Part shown: one piece after another, positions 60,293 to 64,000 of the stretch
How the letters are laid out: every line of letters starts with the position of its first letter
Position numbering within the stretch: position 1 is the stretch's first letter
Assembly (NCBI GenBank): GCA_964649745.1
Contig: CAZYQI010000013.1
Location: 12,906-76,905 of the forward strand
Direction: 5' to 3'
Source: an uncultured Peptostreptococcaceae bacterium
GTDB lineage: Bacteria > Bacillota > Clostridia > Peptostreptococcales > Acidaminobacteraceae
Length of the DNA: 64,000 nucleotides
Translations under genes and position numbers: made by a program
Notes under the pieces: generated by a model
Told to the model about the DNA's origin: nothing
Databases searched by the model: none
What the model saw: the letters and a program-made list of their open reading frames with translations, nothing else

Positions 60293-60781
60293 ATGAACAT
60301 GGAAATGGAAACACCGGTCTTGGATAAGATTGTAGCGGACCACCAATGCAAGCCCAGCGCAATAATTGCAATTCTGCAAGACGTTCAAGAGCATTACCGT
60401 TATCTTCCGAAAGAGGTTTTTGCATACCTGGCGGAAGCTTTAAACATCAGCCGGTCTAAAATCTATTCAGTGGCAACCTTTTATGAGAATTTTTCTCTGG
60501 TGCCAAAGGGGAAGTACATAGTGAAAGTCTGTGACGGGACTGCCTGTCATGTGCGGAAGTCTATTCCGATCCTGGATCGCCTGCGGTCGGATCTCAGCCT
60601 GTCAGAGTATAAGGTTACGACGGATGACCTGCTGTTCACAGTGGAAACGGTATCGTGTCTGGGAGCATGCGGTTTGGCTCCGGTTATCACCGTTAACGAT
60701 AAGGTGTATCCAGCGATGACACCGGACAAAGCCAGTGAACTGCTGCAAATCCTTAAGGAGGAAGATGCCAGTGCTGAATAA
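60293..60781 (+). CDS. hydC: NuoE-like [2Fe-2S] subunit of a multimeric [FeFe]-hydrogenase (HydC/HndA type)
   Basis: 162 aa, with cysteine motifs VCDGTACHV and VSCLGACGLAP. Confidence 0.85.
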   Translation: MNMEMETPVLDKIVADHQCKPSAIIAILQDVQEHYRYLPKEVFAYLAEALNISRSKIYSVATFYENFSLVPKGKYIVKVCDGTACHVRKSIPILDRLRSDLSLSEYKVTTDDLLFTVETVSCLGACGLAPVITVNDKVYPAMTPDKASELLQILKEEDASAE

Positions 60782-62648
60782 TCGCCAAGACCTCACAGCA
60801 TTTCGCCGCGCGTGTGAAAAGGCGGCGAAGTCTGAAACGAAAAAGATACTGGTCTGTGCCGGTACAGGGTGCATTTCAAGCGGATCTTTAGAGATTTTCG
60901 AACGCTTGCAGGCAGTAATGAACCAGCGTAAAATTACCTGTACCGTCGAAATGTCTGAATCCTGTCACGACCACGATGGGGTTAGTCTTAAAAAGTGCGG
61001 ATGCCACGGATTCTGCGAAATGGGGGCATTACTGCGCATTGAGCCCCAAGGATATCTGTACACAAAAGTAAGGCTTGAGGACTGTGATGAAATAATTGAA
61101 GAGACCATCGTAAAGGGCAACCATATAAGTCGTCTTGCATTTCAGAACAACGGGGATATTTTCAAAAAACAGGAGGAGATCCCCTTCTATAAAAAACAAA
61201 CCCGTACGGTTTTGGAACACTGTGGGATAATCGATGCCAACTCAATTCAGGAATATATTGCCGTAGGTGGATACTTGGCCTTTGAGAAGGCGTTGTTCGA
61301 TATGGATAAGGACGCCATCATCCAGGAGGTTACAGAAGCAAATCTTCGGGGAAGAGGGGGCGGTGGATTCCCCACAGGGCGCAAATGGTCACAGGTCAAG
61401 CGTCAGAACAGAGAACAGAAATATATTGTATGCAACGGAGATGAAGGGGATCCCGGTGCGTTTATGGATCGCAGCATCATGGAGGGCGATCCCCATCGTA
61501 TGCTTGAAGGAATGATGATCGCGGGGTTGGCCTGTGGCGCTACGGAGGGATATGTCTATGTCCGCGCTGAATATCCAATGGCGGTGGAACGCCTGCGAAC
61601 CGCCATCCGACAGGCTGAAGAGTATGGCTTGCTGGGGAACGATATTCTTGGAAGCGGATTCTCGTTTCATATGAAGATTAACCGCGGAGCTGGGGCGTTC
61701 GTTTGTGGAGAAGGCAGTGCCCTGACAGCATCAATTGAAGGAAAGCGTGGTATGCCAAGGGTTAAGCCACCGCGAACGGTGGAAAACGGCCTGTTTGATA
61801 TGCCCACCGTTCTTAACAATGTGGAAACCTTTGCGAATGTTCCTCTCATTATCCAGAACGGCGCATTGTGGTATAAAAGCATCGGGCCGGAGAACAGCCC
61901 GGGTACCAAGGCGTTTGCCCTGACAGGAAACATTGTCAACACAGGGTTGATCGAGGTCCCCATGGGGACTCCCCTCAGGGAGATTATCTTTGATATCGGC
62001 GGCGGCATGCGGGATGGCGCCGAGTTCAAGGCCGTTCAGATCGGAGGTCCTTCGGGAGGCTGTCTCACAAAGGCACATATGGACCTGCCTCTTGATTTTG
62101 ATTCGTTGAAAAAAGCGGGAGCCATGATAGGCTCCGGCGGTCTCGTCGTTATGGATGACAGCACGTGTATGGTGGAGGTTGCCCGATTCTTCATGAATTT
62201 CACACAGAATGAATCCTGTGGGAAGTGTGTCCCGTGTCGCGAGGGAACAAGGCGAATGTTGGAAATATTAAATCGAATCGTCGCCGGCGAGGGCAAAGAC
62301 GGCGACATTGAAATATTGCTGGAATTGGCAGATGTGATTTCATCAACCGCACTCTGCGGGCTTGGGAAGACAGCCCCTTCCCCGGTGGTGAGCACCATCC
62401 ATTCCTTCCGTGAGGAGTATGAGGCACACATTTATGATAAGCGCTGCCCTGCGGGTGCGTGTCAAAAGTTGAAGTCCATCACGATTGCTCCAGAGCTATG
62501 TAAAGGCTGCACCAAATGCACCAAAGTTTGTCCTGTTGGCGCCATATCGGGCAAGGTGAAGGAGCCGTTTATCATCAATCCTGAAACCTGTATTAAATGT
62601 GGAGCCTGTCTTACCGCCTGCCCGTTCCACGCAATCAAGGAGGTATAG
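60765..62648 (+). CDS. hydB: NuoF-like NAD(P)H/FMN-binding subunit of a multimeric [FeFe]-hydrogenase (HydB/HndC type)
   Basis: ATG at 60765 after AAGGAGG; the track start is 60735. The FMN site is GRGGGGFPTGRKW. ESCGKCVPCREG is present. The C-terminus has 2x[4Fe-4S]: CKGCTKCTKVCP and CIKCGACLTACP. Confidence 0.9.
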   Translation: MPVLNNRQDLTAFRRACEKAAKSETKKILVCAGTGCISSGSLEIFERLQAVMNQRKITCTVEMSESCHDHDGVSLKKCGCHGFCEMGALLRIEPQGYLYTKVRLEDCDEIIEETIVKGNHISRLAFQNNGDIFKKQEEIPFYKKQTRTVLEHCGIIDANSIQEYIAVGGYLAFEKALFDMDKDAIIQEVTEANLRGRGGGGFPTGRKWSQVKRQNREQKYIVCNGDEGDPGAFMDRSIMEGDPHRMLEGMMIAGLACGATEGYVYVRAEYPMAVERLRTAIRQAEEYGLLGNDILGSGFSFHMKINRGAGAFVCGEGSALTASIEGKRGMPRVKPPRTVENGLFDMPTVLNNVETFANVPLIIQNGALWYKSIGPENSPGTKAFALTGNIVNTGLIEVPMGTPLREIIFDIGGGMRDGAEFKAVQIGGPSGGCLTKAHMDLPLDFDSLKKAGAMIGSGGLVVMDDSTCMVEVARFFMNFTQNESCGKCVPCREGTRRMLEILNRIVAGEGKDGDIEILLELADVISSTALCGLGKTAPSPVVSTIHSFREEYEAHIYDKRCPAGACQKLKSITIAPELCKGCTKCTKVCPVGAISGKVKEPFIINPETCIKCGACLTACPFHAIKEV

Positions 62649-62651
62649 CTC

Positions 62652-64000
62652 ATGGAGAAGAAGGAATACATGACGATTGACGGGATTCCTGTCGAGATAG
62701 AAAACGAAAAGAATCTTTTGGAACTGATCCGAAAGGTGGGAATCAAGCTGCCGACCTTTTGTTACCATTCCGATCTTTCCATATACGGCGCCTGCCGAAT
62801 GTGTATGGTAGAAAACCAGTGGGGAGAGCTGGATGCGGCATGTTCAGCACAGCCTCGGGCAGGAATGGAGATCCGGACAAACACGGAGCGTCTTCGAAAA
62901 TACAGAAAGATGATACTGGAGCTGTTACTGGCCAATCATTGCCGAGACTGCACCACTTGCGGAAATAACGGCAGCTGTAAGCTTCAGGATTTGGCAGTAC
63001 GTTTCAATATCGAAGGGGTTCGATTCCCGAATACGGCACAGGTACCAAAGGCTGACACTTCGTCCCTTTGCATCAGCAAGGATCAGAACAAGTGCATTCT
63101 CTGCGGCGACTGTGTGCGGATGTGCAATGAAATACAAAACGTTGGAGCCATAGATTTTGCTCACCGGGGTTCAAAAATGACCATCAGCACGGCCTTTGAC
63201 GAACCCTTGGCAGATTCAGACTGTGTTGGATGTGGACAGTGTGCCGCTGTATGCCCCACCGGTGCGATTGTTGTACGGAATGACACACAACGTTTGTGGA
63301 AGGAACTGGACGACAAGAACGCCAAGGTAACCGTGCAGATCGCACCGGCAGTCCGTGTTGCTCTGGGCAACCAATTGGGAATTTCCGAGAATGATAACGC
63401 AATGGGAAAAATAGTTGCAGCCCTGAGGCGTATGGGATTTGACGATATTTTCGATACATCCACCGGAGCCGACCTGACTGTGCTGGAGGAGTCCAATGAG
63501 CTGTTACGAAGACTGGACAGCGCAAATGAAGAAACGAAGAAGTACCCATTGTTTACCTCTTGCTGTCCGGCATGGGTAAACTATTGTGAAAACAAATATC
63601 CGGAGCTTTTACCCCATGTTTCCACCTGCCGTTCCCCAATGCAGATGTTTGCATCGGTGATTAAAACGCAGTATGCCTCCTCCAGCCGACGGGTGGTTCA
63701 TGTGGCAATCATGCCCTGCACAGCAAAAAAATATGAAGCGGCACGGTCTGAGTTTAAGCTCAACGGGGTTCCAAGCGTTGATTATGTTATTACAACCCAA
63801 GAATTGATACAGATGATTCGGGAATCCGGAATTGTGTTTTCGGAGCTAGAAGCAGAGGCAGTGGATTCCCCTTTCAACACGCAAACAGGAGCCGGTGTCA
63901 TTTTTGGCGTTACCGGGGGTGTATCGGAGGCGGTACTGCGTCGGCTTTCTTCAGACAAAACACTGACATCACTGGGGACCATCGCATTTAAAGGCATTCG
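62652..64000 (+). CDS. hydA: [FeFe]-hydrogenase catalytic subunit HydA (partial, runs off the window)
   Basis: ATG at 62652 after AAGGAGG. Hand translation gives MEKKEYMTIDGIPVEIENEKNLLELIRKVGIKLPTFCYH.... The N-terminal 2Fe-2S and 4Fe-4S cysteine clusters are present. H-cluster motifs are TSCCPAW and MPCTAKKYE. It is absent from the ORF track because it has no stop in the window. Confidence 0.9.
   Translation, partial: MEKKEYMTIDGIPVEIENEKNLLELIRKVGIKLPTFCYHSDLSIYGACRMCMVENQWGELDAACSAQPRAGMEIRTNTERLRKYRKMILELLLANHCRDCTTCGNNGSCKLQDLAVRFNIEGVRFPNTAQVPKADTSSLCISKDQNKCILCGDCVRMCNEIQNVGAIDFAHRGSKMTISTAFDEPLADSDCVGCGQCAAVCPTGAIVVRNDTQRLWKELDDKNAKVTVQIAPAVRVALGNQLGISENDNAMGKIVAALRRMGFDDIFDTSTGADLTVLEESNELLRRLDSANEETKKYPLFTSCCPAWVNYCENKYPELLPHVSTCRSPMQMFASVIKTQYASSSRRVVHVAIMPCTAKKYEAARSEFKLNGVPSVDYVITTQELIQMIRESGIVFSELEAEAVDSPFNTQTGAGVIFGVTGGVSEAVLRRLSSDKTLTSLGTIAFKGI

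Overview
This window is the replication-origin neighbourhood of a Firmicutes, Clostridia-like chromosome, about 50% GC by eye. Nearly all of it is conserved housekeeping synteny.

Gene order on the minus strand:
- walR-walK-(extra secreted protein)-yycH-yycI-yycJ, then a LysM/M23 peptidase.
- purA, bioY with a BirA operator, a DUF1858 gene and a GNAT gene.
- gdpP-rplI-[moxR-DUF58-transglutaminase]-dnaB.
- rpsF-ssb-rpsR and an aminotransferase.
- A tightly coupled operon mixing selenium and molybdenum-cofactor maturation markers (yqeC, mocA-like, yedF, DUF3343) with two membrane proteins.
- A THUMP methyltransferase, then a sensor-less hybrid histidine kinase coupled to an EcsC-family gene.
- tadA / tRNA-Ser / SRP RNA / dnaX-ybaB-recR.
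- tRNA-Arg(CCU), preceded by a four-gene cluster of unknown function: two paralogous HTH plus coiled-coil proteins, a coiled-coil protein and a membrane OmpA-like protein.
- A degenerate sigma-54-type activator and a DAG-kinase-like lipid kinase.
- parA-parB with two perfect parS sites.
- rsmG, mnmG, mnmE, jag, yidC, yidD, rnpA, rpmH.

Gene order on the plus strand:
- A dnaD-like/dnaI-like helicase-loader pair behind a DnaA-box cluster.
- dnaA-dnaN-yaaA-recF-gyrB-gyrA, with a bipartite oriC flanking dnaA.
- rex, a LysR-type regulator, and the start of a hydCBA [FeFe]-hydrogenase operon of the electron-bifurcating type.

I saw no CRISPR array, transposase, integrase or recognisable defence system. 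The candidates most worth follow-up are:
- the origin-proximal HTH/coiled-coil/OmpA-like cluster (35129-37380);
- the activator that lacks GAFTGA and has a Walker-B DE-to-DN change;
- the moxR-DUF58-transglutaminase module wedged between rplI and dnaB;
- the DnaA boxes on the helicase-loader promoter;
- a phased TATCGATA repeat array upstream of the hydrogenase operon.

All calls come from reading the sequence and ORF translations by eye. No database search was run.
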